Shown piece after piece: positions 40,201 through 55,850 of a stretch of 64,000 nucleotides of DNA (the stretch's first letter is position 1; every line of letters begins with the position of its first letter). The notes under the pieces are model-generated. The model saw nothing but the letters and a program-made list of their open reading frames with translations, made no database searches and was not told where the DNA came from. Source of the DNA: Azolla caroliniana (Eukaryota; Plantae; Polypodiophyta); the NCBI GenBank assembly GCA_043228905.1, contig JBHGNT010000016.1, positions 1-64,000 on the forward strand. Direction: 5' to 3'. Both the position numbers and the translations under genes were made by a program.

Positions 40201-43200
40201 GCTTCGATACGCATGTTTGAACACAAAAATCCGATATCACACGAGCCAGGTATGAACATTTTAATTGACTCACGCGCTCTTCTCAAGTCCCTCCTCAAAT
40301 TTGCTAATTTCTTCATGTCTCTCAGCCTGAGTTTCAAAATCTTGATTTTTTAATTCCATATCATAGCTAGCGTTGTTAGCTTCGATACGCATGTTTGAAC
40401 ACAAAAATCCGATATCACACGAGCCAGGTATGAACATTTTAATTTGCTCACGCGCTCTTCTCAAGTCCCTTCTTAAATTTGCTAATTTCTTCATGTCTCT
40501 CGGCCTGAGTGTCAAAATTTCGATTTTTTAATTCCATATCATAGCTAGCGTTGTTAGCTTCGATACGCATGTTTGAACACGAAAATCCGATATCACACGA
40601 GCCAGGTATGAACATTTTAATTGACTCACGCGCTCTTCTCAAGTCCCTCCTCAAATTTGCTAATTTCTTCATGTCTCTCGGTCTGAGTTTCAAAATTTTG
40701 ATTTTTTAATTCCATATCATAGCTAGCGTTGTTAGCTTCGATACGCATGTTTGAACACAAAAATCCGATATCACACGAGCCAGGTATGAACATTTTAATT
40801 GACTCACGCGCTCTTCTCAAGTCCCTCCTCAAATTTGCTAATTTCTTCATGTCTGTCGGCCTGAGTTTCAAAATCTTGATTTTTTAATTCTATATCATAG
40901 CTAGTGTTGTTAGCTTCGATACGCATGTTTGAACACAAAAATCCGATATCACACAAGCCAGGTATGAACATTTTAATTTGCTCACGCGCTCTTCTCAAGT
41001 CCCTCCTCAGATTTGCTAATTTCTTCATGTCTGTCGGCCTGAGTTTCAAAATTTTCATTTTTTAATTCCATATCATAGCTAGCGTTGTTAGCTTCGATAC
41101 GCATGTTTGAACACGAAAATCCGATATCACACGAGCCAGGTATTGAACATTTTAATTGACTCACGCGCTCTTCTCAAGTCCCTCCTCAAATTTGCTAATT
41201 TCTTCATGTCTCTCGACCTGAGTTTCAAAATCTCGATTTTTTAATTCTATATCATAGCTAACGTTGTTAGCTTCGATACGCATGTTTGAACACAAAAATC
41301 CGATATCACACGAGCCAGGTATGAACATTTTAATTTGCTCACGCGCTCTTCTCAATACCCTCCTCAAATTTGCTAATTTCTTCATATCTCTCGACCTGAG
41401 TTTCAAAATCTTGATTTTTTAATTCCATATCATAGCTAGCGTTGTTAGCTTCGATACGCATGTTTGAACACAAAAATCCGATATCACACGAGCCAGGTAT
41501 GAACATTTTAATTGACTCACGCGCTCTTCTCAAGTCCCTCCTCAAATTTGCTAATTTCTTCATGTCTCTCGACCTGAGTTTCACAATCTCAATTTTTTAA
41601 TTCCATATCATAGCTAACGTTGTTAGCTTCGATACGCATGTTTGAACACAAAAATCCGATATCACAAGAGCCAGGTATGAACATTTTAATTGACTCACGC
41701 GCTCTTCTCAAGTCCCTCCTCAAATTAGCTAATTTCGTCATGTCTCTCGACCTGAGTTTTAGAATCTCGATTTTTTAATTCTGTATCATAGCTAGCGTTG
41801 TTAGCTTCGATACGCATGTTTGAACACAAAAATCCGATATCACACGAGCCAGTTATGAACATTTTAATTGACTCACGCGCTCTTCTCAAGTCCCTCCTCA
41901 AATTTGCTAATTTCATCATGTCTCTCGACCTGAGTTTCAAAATCTCAATTTTTTAATTCTATATCATAGCTAGCGTTGTTAGCTTTGATACGCATGTTTG
42001 AACACAGAAATCCGATATCACACGAGCCAGGTATGAACATTTTAATTTGCTCACGCGCTCTTCTCAAGTCCCTCCTCAAATTTGCTAATTTCTTCATGTC
42101 TCTCGACCTGAGTTTCAGAATCTTGATTTTTTAATTTCATATCATAGCTAGCGTTGTTAGCTTCGATACGCATGTTTGAACACAAAAATCCGATATCACA
42201 CGAGCCAGGTATGAACATTTTAATTTAGTCACGGGCTCTTCTAAAGTCCCTCCTCAAATTTGCTAATTTCTTCATGTCTCTCGGCCTGAGTTTCAAAATC
42301 TCGATTTTTTAATTCTATATCAGAGCTAGCGTTGTTAGCTTCGATACGCATGTTTGAACACAAAAATCCGATATCACACGAGCCAGGTATGAACATTTTA
42401 ATTTAGTCACGGGCTCTTCTAAAGTCCCTCCTCAAATTTGCTAATTTCTTCATGTCTCTCGACCTAAGTTTCAACATCTTGATTTTTTAATTCTATATTA
42501 TAGCTAGCGTTGTTAGCTTCGATACGCATGTTTGAACATAAAAATCCGATATCACACGAGTGAGGTATGAACATTTTAATTGACTCACGCGCTCTTCTCA
42601 AGTCCCTCCTCAAATTAGCTAATATCTTCATGTCTCTCGACCTGAGTTTCAGAATGTCGATTTTTTAATTCGATATCATAGCTAGCGTTGTTAGCTTCGA
42701 TACGCATGTTTGAACACAAAAATCCGATATCACACGAGCCAGGTATGAAAATTTTAATTTGCTCACGCGCTCTTCTCAAGTCCCTTCTCAAATTTGCTAA
42801 TTTCTTCATGTCTCTCGGCCTGAGTTTCAAAATTTTGATTTTTTAATTCCATATCATAGCTAGCGTTGTTAGCTTCGATACGCATGTTTGAACACGAAAA
42901 TCCGATATCACACGAGCCAGGTATGAACATTTTAATTGACTCACGCGCTCTTCTCAAGTCCCTCCTCAAATTTGCTAATTTCTTCATGTCTCTCGGCCTG
43001 AGTTTCAAAATCTCGATTCTTTAATTCTATATCAGAGCTAGCGTTGTTAGCTTCGATACGCATGTTTGAACACAAAAATCCGATATCACACGAGCCAGAT
43101 ATGAACATTTTAATTTAGTCACGGGCTCTTCTAAAGTCCCTCCTCAAATTTGCTAATTTCTTCATGTCTCTCGACCTGAGTTTCAGAATCTTGATTTTTT

Positions 43201-46200
43201 AATTCCATATCATAGCTAGCGTTGTTAGCTTCGATACGCATGTTTGAACACAAAAATCCGATATCACACGAGCCAGGTATGAACATTTTAATTTAGTCAC
43301 GGGCTCTTCTAAAGTCCCTCCTCAAATTTGCTAATTTCTTCATGTGTCTCGGCCTGAGTTTCAAAATCTCGATTTTTTAATTCTATATCAGAGCTAGCGT
43401 TGTTAGCTTCGATACGCATGTTTGAACACAAAAATCCGATATCACACGAGCCAGGTATGAACATTTTAATTTAGTCACGGGCTCTTCTAAACTCCCTCCT
43501 CAAATTTGCTAATTTCTTCATGTCTCTCGACCTGAGTTTCAAAATCTCGATTTTTTAATTCTATATCATAGCTAGCGTTGTTAGCTTCGATACGCATGTT
43601 TGAACATAAAAATCCGATATCACACGAATCAGGTATGAACATTTTAATTGACTCACGCGCTCTTCTCAAGTCCCTCCTCAAATTAGCTAATTTCTTCATG
43701 TCTCTCGACCTGAGTTTCAGAATGTCGATTTTTGAATTCGATATCATAGCTAGCGTTGTTAGCTTCGATACGCATGTTTGAACACAAAAATCCGATATCA
43801 CACGAGCCAGGTATGAACATTTTAATTGACTCACGCGCTCTTCTCAAGTCCCTCCTCAAATTAGCTAATTTCGTCATATCTCTCGACCTGAGTTTTAGAA
43901 TCTCGATTTTTTAATTCTATATCATAGCTAGCGTTGTTAGCTTCGATACGCATGTTTGAACACAAAAATCCGATATCACACGAGCCAGGTATGAACATTT
44001 TAATTGACTCACGCGCTCTTCTCAAGTCCCTCCTCAAATTTGCTAATTTCATCATGTCTCTCGACCTGAGTTTCAAAATCTCAATTTTTTAATTCTCTAT
44101 CATAGCTAGCGTTGTTAGCTTTGATACGCATGTTTGAACACAGAAATCCGATATCACACGAGCCAGGTATGAACATTTTAATTTAGTCACGCGCTCTTCT
44201 CAAGTCCCTCCTCAAATTTGCTAATTTCTTCATGTCTCTCGACCTGAGTTTCAGAATCTTGATTTTTTAATTCCATATCATAGCTAGCGTTGTTAGCTTC
44301 GATACGCATGTTTGAACACAAAAATCCGATATCACACGAGCCAGGTATGAACATTTTAATTTAGTCACGGGCTCTTCTAAAGTCCCTCCTCAAATTTGCT
44401 AATTTCTTCATGTCTCTCGACCTAAGTTTCAAAATCTTGATTTTTTAATTCTATATTATAGCTAGCGTTGTTAGCTTCGATACGCATGTTTGAACATAAA
44501 AATCCGATATCACACGAGTGAGGTATGAACATTTTAATTGACTCACGCGCTCTTCTCAAGTCCCTCCTCAAATTAGCTAATTTCTTCATGTCTGTCGACC
44601 TGAGTTTCAGAATGTCGATTTTTTAATTCGATATCATAGCTAGCGTTGTTAGCTTCGATACGCATGTTTGAACACAAAAATCCGATATCACACGAGCCAG
44701 GTATGAAAATTTTAATTTGCTCACGCGCTCTTCTCAAGTCCCTTCTCAAATTTGCTAATTTCTTCATGTCTCTCGGCCTGAGTTTCAAAATTTTGATTTT
44801 TTAGTCCCTTCTCATGTCTGTCGGCCTGAGTTTCAAAATTTTCATTTTTTAATTCCATATTATAGCTAGCGTTGTTAGCTTCGATACGCATGTTTGAACA
44901 CGAAAATCCGATATCACACGAGCCAGGTATTGAACATTTTAATTGACTCACTCGCTCTTCTCAAGTCCCTCCTCAAATTTGCTAATTTCTTCATGTCTCT
45001 CGACCTGAGTTTCAAAATCTCGATTTTTTAATTCTATATCATAGCTAACGTTGTTAGCTTCGATACGCATGTTTGAACACAAAAATCCGATATCACACGA
45101 GCCAGGTATGAACATTTTAATTTGCTCACGCGCTCTTCTCAAGTCCCTCCTCAAATTTGCTAATTTCTTCATGTCTCTCGACCTGAGTTTCAAAATCTTG
45201 ATTTTTTAATTCCATATCATAGCTAGCGTTGTTAGCTTCGATACGCATGTTTGAACACAAAAATCCGATATCACACGAGCCAGGTATGAACATTTTAATT
45301 TGCTCACGCGCTCTTCTCAAGTCCCTTCTTAAATTTGCTAATTTCTTCATGTCTCTCGGCTTGAGTGTCAAAATTTCGATTTTTTAATTCCATATCATAG
45401 CTAGCGTTGTTAGCTTCGATACGCATGTTTGAACACGAAAATCCGATATCACACGAGCCAGGTATGAACATTTTAATTGACTCACGCGCTCTTCTCAAGT
45501 CCCTCCTCAAATTTGCTAATTTCTTCATGTCTCTCGGTCTGAGTTTCAAAATTTTGATTTTTTAATTCCATATCATAGCTAGCGTTGTTAGCTTCGATAC
45601 GCATGTTTGAACACAAAAATCCGATATCACACGAGCCAGGTATGAACATTTTAATTGACTCACGCGCTCTTCTCAAGTCCCTCCTCAAATTTGCTAATTT
45701 CTTCATGTCTGTCGGCCTGAGTTTCAAAATCTTGATTTTTTAATTCTATATCATAGCTAGTGTTGTTAGCTTCGATACGCATGTTTGAACACAAAAATCC
45801 GATATCACACAAGCCAGGTATGAACATTTTAATTTGCTCACGCGCTCTTCTCAAGTCCCTCCTCAGATTTGCTAATTTCTTCATGTCTGTCGGCCTGAGT
45901 TTCAAAATTTTCATTTTTTAATTCCATATCATAGCTAGCGTTGTTAGCTTCGATACGCATGTTTGAACACGAAAATCCGATATCACACGAGCCAGGTATT
46001 GAACATTTTAATTGACTCACGCGCTCTTCTCAAGTCCCTCCTCAAATTTGCTAATTTCTTCATGTCTCTCGACCTGAGTTTCAAAATCTCGATTTTTTAA
46101 TTCTATATCATAGCTAACGTTGTTAGCTTCGATACGCATGTTTGAACACAAAAATCCGATATCACACGAGCCAGGTATGAACATTTTAATTTGCTCACGC

Positions 46201-49200
46201 GCTCTTCTCAATACCCTCCTCAAATTTGCTAATTTCTTCATGTCTCTCGACCTGAGTTTCAAAATCTTGATTTTTTAATTCCATATCATAGCTAGCGTTG
46301 TTAGCTTCGATACGCATGTTTGAACACAAAAATCCGATATCACACGAGCCAGGTATGAACATTTTAATTGACTCACGCGCTCTTCTCAAGTCCCTCCTCA
46401 AATTTGCTAATTTCTTCATGTCTCTCGACCTGAGTTTCACAATCTCAATTTTTTAATTCCATATCATAGCTAACGTTGTTAGCTTCGATACGCATGTTTG
46501 AACACAAAAATCCGATATCACAAGAGCCAGGTATGAACATTTTAATTGACTCACGCGCTCTTCTCAAGTCCCTCCTCAAATTAGCTAATTTCGTCATGTC
46601 TCTCGACCTGAGTTTTAGAATCTCGATTTTTTAATTCTGTATCATAGCTAGCGTTGTTAGCTTCGATACGCATGTTTGAACACAAAAATCCGATATCACA
46701 CGAGCCAGTTATGAACATTTTAATTGACTCACGCGCTCTTCTCAAGTCCCTCCTCAAATTTGCTAATTTCATCATGTCTCTCGACCTGAGTTTCAAAATC
46801 TCAATTTTTTAATTCTATATCATAGCTAGCGTTGTTAGCTTTGATACGCATGTTTGAACACAGAAATCCGATATCACACGAGCCAGGTATGAACATTTTA
46901 ATTTGCTCACGCGCTCTTCTCAAGTCCCTCCTCAAATTTGCTAATTTCTTCATGTCTCTCGACCTGAGTTTCAGAATCTTGATTTTTTAATTTCATATCA
47001 TAGCTAGCGTTGTTAGCTTCGATACGCATGTTTGAACACAAAAATCCGATATCACACGAGCCAGGTATGAACATTTTAATTTAGTCACGGGCTCTTCTAA
47101 AGTCCCTCCTCAAATTTGCTAATTTCTTCATGTCTCTCGGCCTGAGTTTCAAAATCTCGATTTTTTAATTCTATATCAGAGCTAGCGTTGTTAGCTTCGA
47201 TACGCATGTTTGAACACAAAAATCCGATATCACACGAGCCAGGTATGAACATTTTAATTTAGTCACGGGCTCTTCTAAAGTCCCTCCTCAAATTTGCTAA
47301 TTTCTTCATGTCTCTCGACCTAAGTTTCAACATCTTGATTTTTTAATTCTATATTATAGCTAGCGTTGTTAGCTTCGATACGCATGTTTGAACATAAAAA
47401 TCCGATATCACACGAGTGAGGTATGAACATTTTAATTGACTCACGCGCTCTTCTCAAGTCCCTCCTCAAATTAGCTAATATCTTCATGTCTCTCGACCTG
47501 AGTTTCAGAATGTCGATTTTTTAATTCGATATCATAGCTAGCGTTGTTAGCTTCGATACGCATGTTTGAACACAAAAATCCGATATCACACGAGCCAGGT
47601 ATGAAAATTTTAATTTGCTCACGCGCTCTTCTCAAGTCCCTTCTCAAATTTGCTAATTTCTTCATGTCTCTCGGCCTTAGTTTCAAAATTTTGATTTTTT
47701 AATTCCATATCATAGCTAGCGTTGTTAGCTTCGATACGCATGTTTGAACACGAAAATCCGATATCACACGAGCCAGGTATGAACATTTTAATTGACTCAC
47801 GCGCTCTTCTCAAGTCCCTCCTCAAATTTGCTAATTTCTTCATGTCTCTCGGCCTGAGTTTCAAAATCTCGATTCTTTAATTCTATATCAGAGCTAGCGT
47901 TGTTAGCTTCGATACGCATGTTTGAACACAAAAATCCGATATCACACGAGCCAGATATGAATATTTTAATTTAGTCACGGGCTCTTCTAAAGTCCCTCCT
48001 CAAATTTGCTAATTTCTTCATGTCTCTCGACCTGAGTTTCAGAATCTTGATTTTTTAATTCCATATCATAGCTAGCGTTGTTAGCTTCGATACGCATGTT
48101 TGAACACAAAAATCCGATATCACACGAGCCAGGTATGAACATTTTAATTTAGTCACGGGCTCTTCTAAAGTCCCTCCTCAAATTTGCTAATTTCTTCATG
48201 TGTCTCGGCCTGAGTTTCAAAATCTCGATTTTTTAATTCTATATCAGAGCTAGCGTTGTTAGCTTCGATACGCATGTTTGAACACAAAAATCCGATATCA
48301 CACGAGCCAGGTATGAACATTTTAATTTAGTCACGGGCTCTTCTAAACTCCCTCCTCAAATTTGCTAATTTCTTCATGTCTCTCGACCTGAGTTTCAAAA
48401 TCTCGATTTTTTAATTCTATATCATAGCTAGCGTTGTTAGCTTCGATACGCATGTTTGAACATAAAAATCCGATATCACACGAATCAGGTATGAACATTT
48501 TAATTGACTCACGCGCTCTTCTCAAGTCCCTCCTCAAATTAGCTAATTTCTTCATGTCTCTCGACCTGAGTTTCAGAATGTCGATTTTTGAATTCGATAT
48601 CATAGCTAGCGTTGTTAGCTTCGATACGCATGTTTGAACACAAAAATCCGATATCACACGAGCCAGGTATGAACATTTTAATTGACTCACGCGCTCTTCT
48701 CAAGTCCCTCCTCAAATTAGCTAATTTCGTCATATCTCTCGACCTGAGTTTCAGAATCTCGATTTTTTAATTCTATATCATAGCTAGCGTTGTTAGCTTC
48801 GATACGCATGTTTGAACACAAAAATCCGATATCACACGAGCCAGGTATGAACATTTTAATTGACTCACTCGCTCTTCTCAAGTCCCTCCTCAAATTTGCT
48901 AATTTCATCATGCCTCTCGACCTGAGTTTCAAAATCTCAATTTTTTAATTCTCTATCATAGCTAGCGTTGTTAGCTTTGATACGCATGTTTGAACACAGA
49001 AATCCGATATCACACGAGCCAGGTATGAACATTTTAATTTAGTCACGCGCTCTTCTCAAGTCCCTCCTCAAATTTGCTAATTTCTTCATGTCTCTCGACC
49101 TGAGTTTCAGAATCTTGATTTTTTAATTCCATATCATAGCTAGCGTTGTTAGCTTCGATACGCATGTTTGAACACAAAAATCCGATATCACACGAGCCAG

Positions 49201-52200
49201 GTATGAACATTTTAATTTAGTCACGGGCTCTTCTAAAGTCCCTCCTCAAATTTGCTAATTTCTTCATGTCTCTCGACCTAAGTTTCAAAATCTTGATTTT
49301 TTAATTCTATATTATAGCTAGCGTTGTTAGCTTCGATACGCATGTTTGAACATAAAAATCCGATATCACACGAGTGAGGTATGAACATTTTAATTGACTC
49401 ACGCGCTCTTCTCAAGTCCCTCCTCAAATTAGCTAATTTCTTCATGTCTGTCGACCTGAGTTTCAGAATGTCGATTTTTTAATTCGATATCATAGCTAGC
49501 GTTGTTAGCTTCGATACGCATGTTTGAACACAAAAATCCGATATCACACGAGCCAGGTATGAAAATTTTAATTTGCTCACGCGCTCTTCTCAAGTCCCTT
49601 CTCAAATTTGCTAATTTCTTCATGTCTCTCGGCCTGAGTTTCAAAATTTTGATTTTTTAGTCCCTTCTCATGTCTGTCGGCCTGAGTTTCAAAATTTTCA
49701 TTTTTTAATTCCATATTATAGCTAGCGTTGTTAGCTTCGATACGCATGTTTGAACACGAAAATCCGATATCACACGAGCCAGGTATTGAACATTTTAATT
49801 GACTCACTCGCTCTTCTCAAGTCCCTCCTCAAATTTGCTAATTTCTTCATGTCTCTCGACCTGAGTTTTAAAATCTCGATTTTTTAATTCTATATCATAG
49901 CTAACGTTGTTAGCTTCGATACGCATGTTTGAACACAAAAATCCGATATCACACGAGCCAGGTATGAACATTTTAATTTGCTCACGCGCTCTTCTCAAGT
50001 CCCTCCTCAAATTTGCTAATTTCTTCATGTCTCTCGACCTGAGTTTCAAAATCTTGATTTTTTAATTCCATATCATAGCTAGCGTTGTTAGCTTCGATAC
50101 GCATGTTTGAACACAAAAATCCGATATCACACGAGCCAGGTATGAACATTTTAATTTGCTCACGCGCTCTTCTCAAGTCCCTCCTCAAATTAGCTAATTT
50201 CGTCATATCTCTCGACCTGAGTTTCAGAATCTCGATTTTTTAATTCGATATCATAGCTAGCGTTGTTAGCTTCGATACGCATGTTTGAACACAAAAATCC
50301 GATATCACACGAGCCAGGTATGAAAATTTTAATTTGCTCACGCGCTCTTCTCAAGTCCCTTCTCAAATTTGCTAATTTCTTCATGTCTCTCGGCCTGAGT
50401 TTCAAAATTTTGATTTTTTAGTCCCTTCTCATGTCTGTCGGCCTGAGTTTCAAAATTTTCATTTTTTAATTCCATATTATAGCTAGCGTTGTTAGCTTCG
50501 ATACGCATGTTTGAACACGAAAATCCGATATCACACGAGCCAGGTATTGAACATTTTAATTGACTCACTCGCTCTTCTCAAGTCCCTCCTCAAATTTGCT
50601 AATTTCTTCATGTCTCTCGACCTGAGTTTCAAAATCTCGATTTTTTAATTCTATATCATAGCTAACGTTGTTAGCTTCGATACGCATGTTTGAACACAAA
50701 AATCCGATATCACACGAGCCAGGTATGAACATTTTAATTTGCTCACGCGCTCTTCTCAAGTCCCTCCTCAAATTTGCTAATTTCTTCATGTCTCTCGACC
50801 TGAGTTTCAAAATCTTGATTTTTTAATTCCATATCATAGCTAGCGTTGTTAGCTTCGATACGCATGTTTGAACACAAAAATCCGATATCACACGAGCCAG
50901 GTATGAACATTTTAATTTGCTCACGCGCTCTTCTCAAGTCCCTTCTTAAATTTGCTAATTTCTTCATGTCTCTCGGCTTGAGTGTCAAAATTTCGATTTT
51001 TTAATTCCATATCATAGCTAGCGTTGTTAGCTTCGATACGCATGTTTGAACACGAAAATCCGATATCACACGAGCCAGGTATGAACATTTTAATTGACTC
51101 ACGCGCTCTTCTCAAGTCCCTCCTCAAATTTGCTAATTTCTTCATGTCTCTCGGTCTGAGTTTCAAAATTTTGATTTTTTAATTCCATATCATAGCTAGC
51201 GTTGTTAGCTTCGATACGCATGTTTGAACACAAAAATCCGATATCACACGAGCCAGGTATGAACATTTTAATTGACTCACGCGCTCTTCTCAAGTCCCTC
51301 CTCAAATTTGCTAATTTCTTCATGTCTGTCGGCCTGAGTTTCAAAATCTTGATTTTTTAATTCTATATCATAGCTAGTGTTGTTAGCTTCGATACGCATG
51401 TTTGAACACAAAAATCCGATATCACACAAGCCAGGTATGAACATTTTAATTTGCTCACGCGCTCTTCTCAAGTCCCTCCTCAGATTTGCTAATTTCTTCA
51501 TGTCTGTCGGCCTGAGTTTCAAAATTTTCATTTTTTAATTCCATATCATAGCTAGCGTTGTTAGCTTCGATACGCATGTTTGAACACGAAAATCCGATAT
51601 CACACGAGCCAGGTATTGAACATTTTAATTGACTCACGCGCTCTTCTCAAGTCCCTCCTCAAATTTGCTAATTTCTTCATGTCTCTCGACCTGAGTTTCA
51701 AAATCTCGATTTTTTAATTCTATATCATAGCTAACGTTGTTAGCTTCGATACGCATGTTTGAACACAAAAATCCGATATCACACGAGCCAGGTATGAACA
51801 TTTTAATTTGCTCACGCGCTCTTCTCAATACCCTCCTCAAATTTGCTAATTTCTTCATGTCTCTCGACCTGAGTTTCAAAATCTTGATTTTTTAATTCCA
51901 TATCATAGCTAGCGTTGTTAGCTTCGATACGCATGTTTGAACACAAAAATCCGATATCACACGAGCCAGGTATGAACATTTTAATTGACTCACGCGCTCT
52001 TCTCAAGTCCCTCCTCAAATTTGCTAATTTCTTCATGTCTCTCGACCTGAGTTTCACAATCTCAATTTTTTAATTCCATATCATAGCTAACGTTGTTAGC
52101 TTCGATACGCATGTTTGAACACAAAAATCCGATATCACAAGAGCCAGGTATGAACATTTTAATTGACTCACGCGCTCTTCTCAAGTCCCTCCTCAAATTA

Positions 52201-55200
52201 GCTAATTTCGTCATGTCTCTCGACCTGAGTTTTAGAATCTCGATTTTTTAATTCTGTATCATAGCTAGCGTTGTTAGCTTCGATACGCATGTTTGAACAC
52301 AAAAATCCGATATCACACGAGCCAGTTATGAACATTTTAATTGACTCACGCGCTCTTCTCAAGTCCCTCCTCAAATTTGCTAATTTCATCATGTCTCTCG
52401 ACCTGAGTTTCAAAATCTCAATTTTTTAATTCTATATCATAGCTAGCGTTGTTAGCTTTGATACGCATGTTTGAACACAGAAATCCGATATCACACGAGC
52501 CAGGTATGAACATTTTAATTTGCTCACGCGCTCTTCTCAAGTCCCTCCTCAAATTTGCTAATTTCTTCATGTCTCTCGACCTGAGTTTCAGAATCTTGAT
52601 TTTTTAATTTCATATCATAGCTAGCGTTGTTAGCTTCGATACGCATGTTTGAACACAAAAATCCGATATCACACGAGCCAGGTATGAACATTTTAATTTA
52701 GTCACGGGCTCTTCTAAAGTCCCTCCTCAAATTTGCTAATTTCTTCATGTCTCTCGGCCTGAGTTTCAAAATCTCGATTTTTTAATTCTATATCAGAGCT
52801 AGCGTTGTTAGCTTCGATACGCATGTTTGAACACAAAAATCCGATATCACACGAGCCAGGTATGAACATTTTAATTTAGTCACGGGCTCTTCTAAAGTCC
52901 CTCCTCAAATTTGCTAATTTCTTCATGTCTCTCGACCTAAGTTTCAACATCTTGATTTTTTAATTCTATATTATAGCTAGCGTTGTTAGCTTCGATACGC
53001 ATGTTTGAACATAAAAATCCGATATCACACGAGTGAGGTATGAACATTTTAATTGACTCACGCGCTCTTCTCAAGTCCCTCCTCAAATTAGCTAATATCT
53101 TCATGTCTCTCGACCTGAGTTTCAGAATGTCGATTTTTTAATTCGATATCATAGCTAGCGTTGTTAGCTTCGATACGCATGTTTGAACACAAAAATCCGA
53201 TATCACACGAGCCAGGTATGAAAATTTTAATTTGCTCACGCGCTCTTCTCAAGTCCCTTCTCAAATTTGCTAATTTCTTCATGTCTCTCGGCCTGAGTTT
53301 CAAAATTTTGATTTTTTAATTCCATATCATAGCTAGCGTTGTTAGCTTCGATACGCATGTTTGAACACGAAAATCCGATATCACACGAGCCAGGTATGAA
53401 CATTTTAATTGACTCACGCGCTCTTCTCAAGTCCCTCCTCAAATTTGCTAATTTCTTCATGTCTCTCGGCCTGAGTTTCAAAATCTCGATTCTTTAATTC
53501 TATATCAGAGCTAGCGTTGTTAGCTTCGATACGCATGTTTGAACACAAAAATCCGATATCACACGAGCCAGATATGAATATTTTAATTTAGTCACGGGCT
53601 CTTCTAAAGTCCCTCCTCAAATTTGCTAATTTCTTCATGTCTCTCGACCTGAGTTTCAGAATCTTGATTTTTTAATTCCATATCATAGCTAGCGTTGTTA
53701 GCTTCGATACGCATGTTTGAACACAAAAATCCGATATCACACGAGCCAGGTATGAACATTTTAATTTAGTCACGGGCTCTTCTAAAGTCCCTCCTCAAAT
53801 TTGCTAATTTCTTCATGTGTCTCGGCCTGAGTTTCAAAATCTCGATTTTTTAATTCTATATCAGAGCTAGCGTTGTTAGCTTCGATACGCATGTTTGAAC
53901 ACAAAAATCCGATATCACACGAGCCAGGTATGAACATTTTAATTTAGTCACGGGCTCTTCTAAACTCCCTCCTCAAATTTGCTAATTTCTTCATGTCTCT
54001 CGACCTGAGTTTCAAAATCTCGATTTTTTAATTCTATATCATAGCTAGCGTTGTTAGCTTCGATACGCATGTTTGAACATAAAAATCCGATATCACACGA
54101 ATCAGGTATGAACATTTTAATTGACTCACGCGCTCTTCTCAAGTCCCTCCTCAAATTAGCTAATTTCTTCATGTCTCTCGACCTGAGTTTCAGAATGTCG
54201 ATTTTTGAATTCGATATCATAGCTAGCGTTGTTAGCTTCGATACGCATGTTTGAACACAAAAATCCGATATCACACGAGCCAGGTATGAACATTTTAATT
54301 GACTCACGCGCTCTTCTCAAGTCCCTCCTCAAATTAGCTAATTTCGTCATATCTCTCGACCTGAGTTTCAGAATCTCGATTTTTTAATTCTATATCATAG
54401 CTAGCGTTGTTAGCTTCGATACGCATGTTTGAACACAAAAATCCGATATCACACGAGCCAGGTATGAACATTTTAATTGACTCACTCGCTCTTCTCAAGT
54501 CCCTCCTCAAATTTGCTAATTTCATCATGCCTCTCGACCTGAGTTTCAAAATCTCAATTTTTTAATTCTCTATCATAGCTAGCGTTGTTAGCTTTGATAC
54601 GCATGTTTGAACACAGAAATCCGATATCACACGAGCCAGGTATGAACATTTTAATTTAGTCACGCGCTCTTCTCAAGTCCCTCCTCAAATTTGCTAATTT
54701 CTTCATGTCTCTCGACCTGAGTTTCAGAATCTTGATTTTTTAATTCCATATCATAGCTAGCGTTGTTAGCTTCGATACGCATGTTTGAACACAAAAATCC
54801 GATATCACACGAGCCAGGTATGAACATTTTAATTTAGTCACGGGCTCTTCTAAAGTCCCTCCTCAAATTTGCTAATTTCTTCATGTCTCTCGACCTAAGT
54901 TTCAAAATCTTGATTTTTTAATTCTATATTATAGCTAGCGTTCTTAGCTTCGATACGCATGTTTGAACATAAAAATCCGATATCACACGAGTGAGGTATG
55001 AACATTTTAATTGACTCACGCGCTCTTCTCAAGTCCCTCCTCAAATTAGCTAATTTCTTCATGTCTGTCGACCTGAGTTTCAGAATGTCGATTTTTTAAT
55101 TCGATATCATAGCTAGCGTTGTTAGCTTCGATACGCATGTTTGAACACAAAAATCCGATATCACACGAGCCAGGTATGAAAATTTTAATTTGCTCACGCG

Positions 55201-55850
55201 CTCTTCTCAAGTCCCTTCTCAAATTTGCTAATTTCTTCATGTCTCTCGGCCTGAGTTTCAAAATTTTGATTTTTTAGTCCCTTCTCATGTCTGTCGGCCT
55301 GAGTTTCAAAATTTTCATTTTTTAATTCCATATTATAGCTAGCGTTGTTAGCTTCGATACGCATGTTTGAACACGAAAATCCGATATCACACGAGCCAGG
55401 TATTGAACATTTTAATTGACTCACTCGCTCTTCTCAAGTCCCTCCTCAAATTTGCTAATTTCTTCATGTCTCTCGACCTGAGTTTTAAAATCTCGATTTT
55501 TTAATTCTATATCATAGCTAACGTTGTTAGCTTCGATACGCATGTTTGAACACAAAAATCCGATATCACACGAGCCAGGTATGAACATTTTAATTTGCTC
55601 ACGCGCTCTTCTCAAGTCCCTCCTCAAATTTGCTAATTTCTTCATGTCTCTCGACCTGAGTTTCAAAATCTTGATTTTTTAATTCCATATCATAGCTAGC
55701 GTTGTTAGCTTCGATACGCATGTTTGAACACAAAAATCCGATATCACACGAGCCAGGTATGAACATTTTAATTTGCTCACGCGCTCTTCTCAAGTCCCTC
55801 CTCAAATTTGCTAATTTCGTCATGTCTCTCGACCTGAGTTTCAAAATCTC
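35400..55850 (+). repeat. Higher-order repeat of ~4.9-5.6 kb (27-31 monomers incl. a 227-bp variant), about four copies
   Basis: Marker monomer with CCCTTCTTAAA...GAGTGTCAAA at ORF ends 35414/40448/45304/50921 (offsets 5034, 4856, 5617). 4856 = 26x178+227+1; 5617 = 4856+761, the 761 being a local 4-monomer duplication (49577/50338). Confidence 0.88.
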
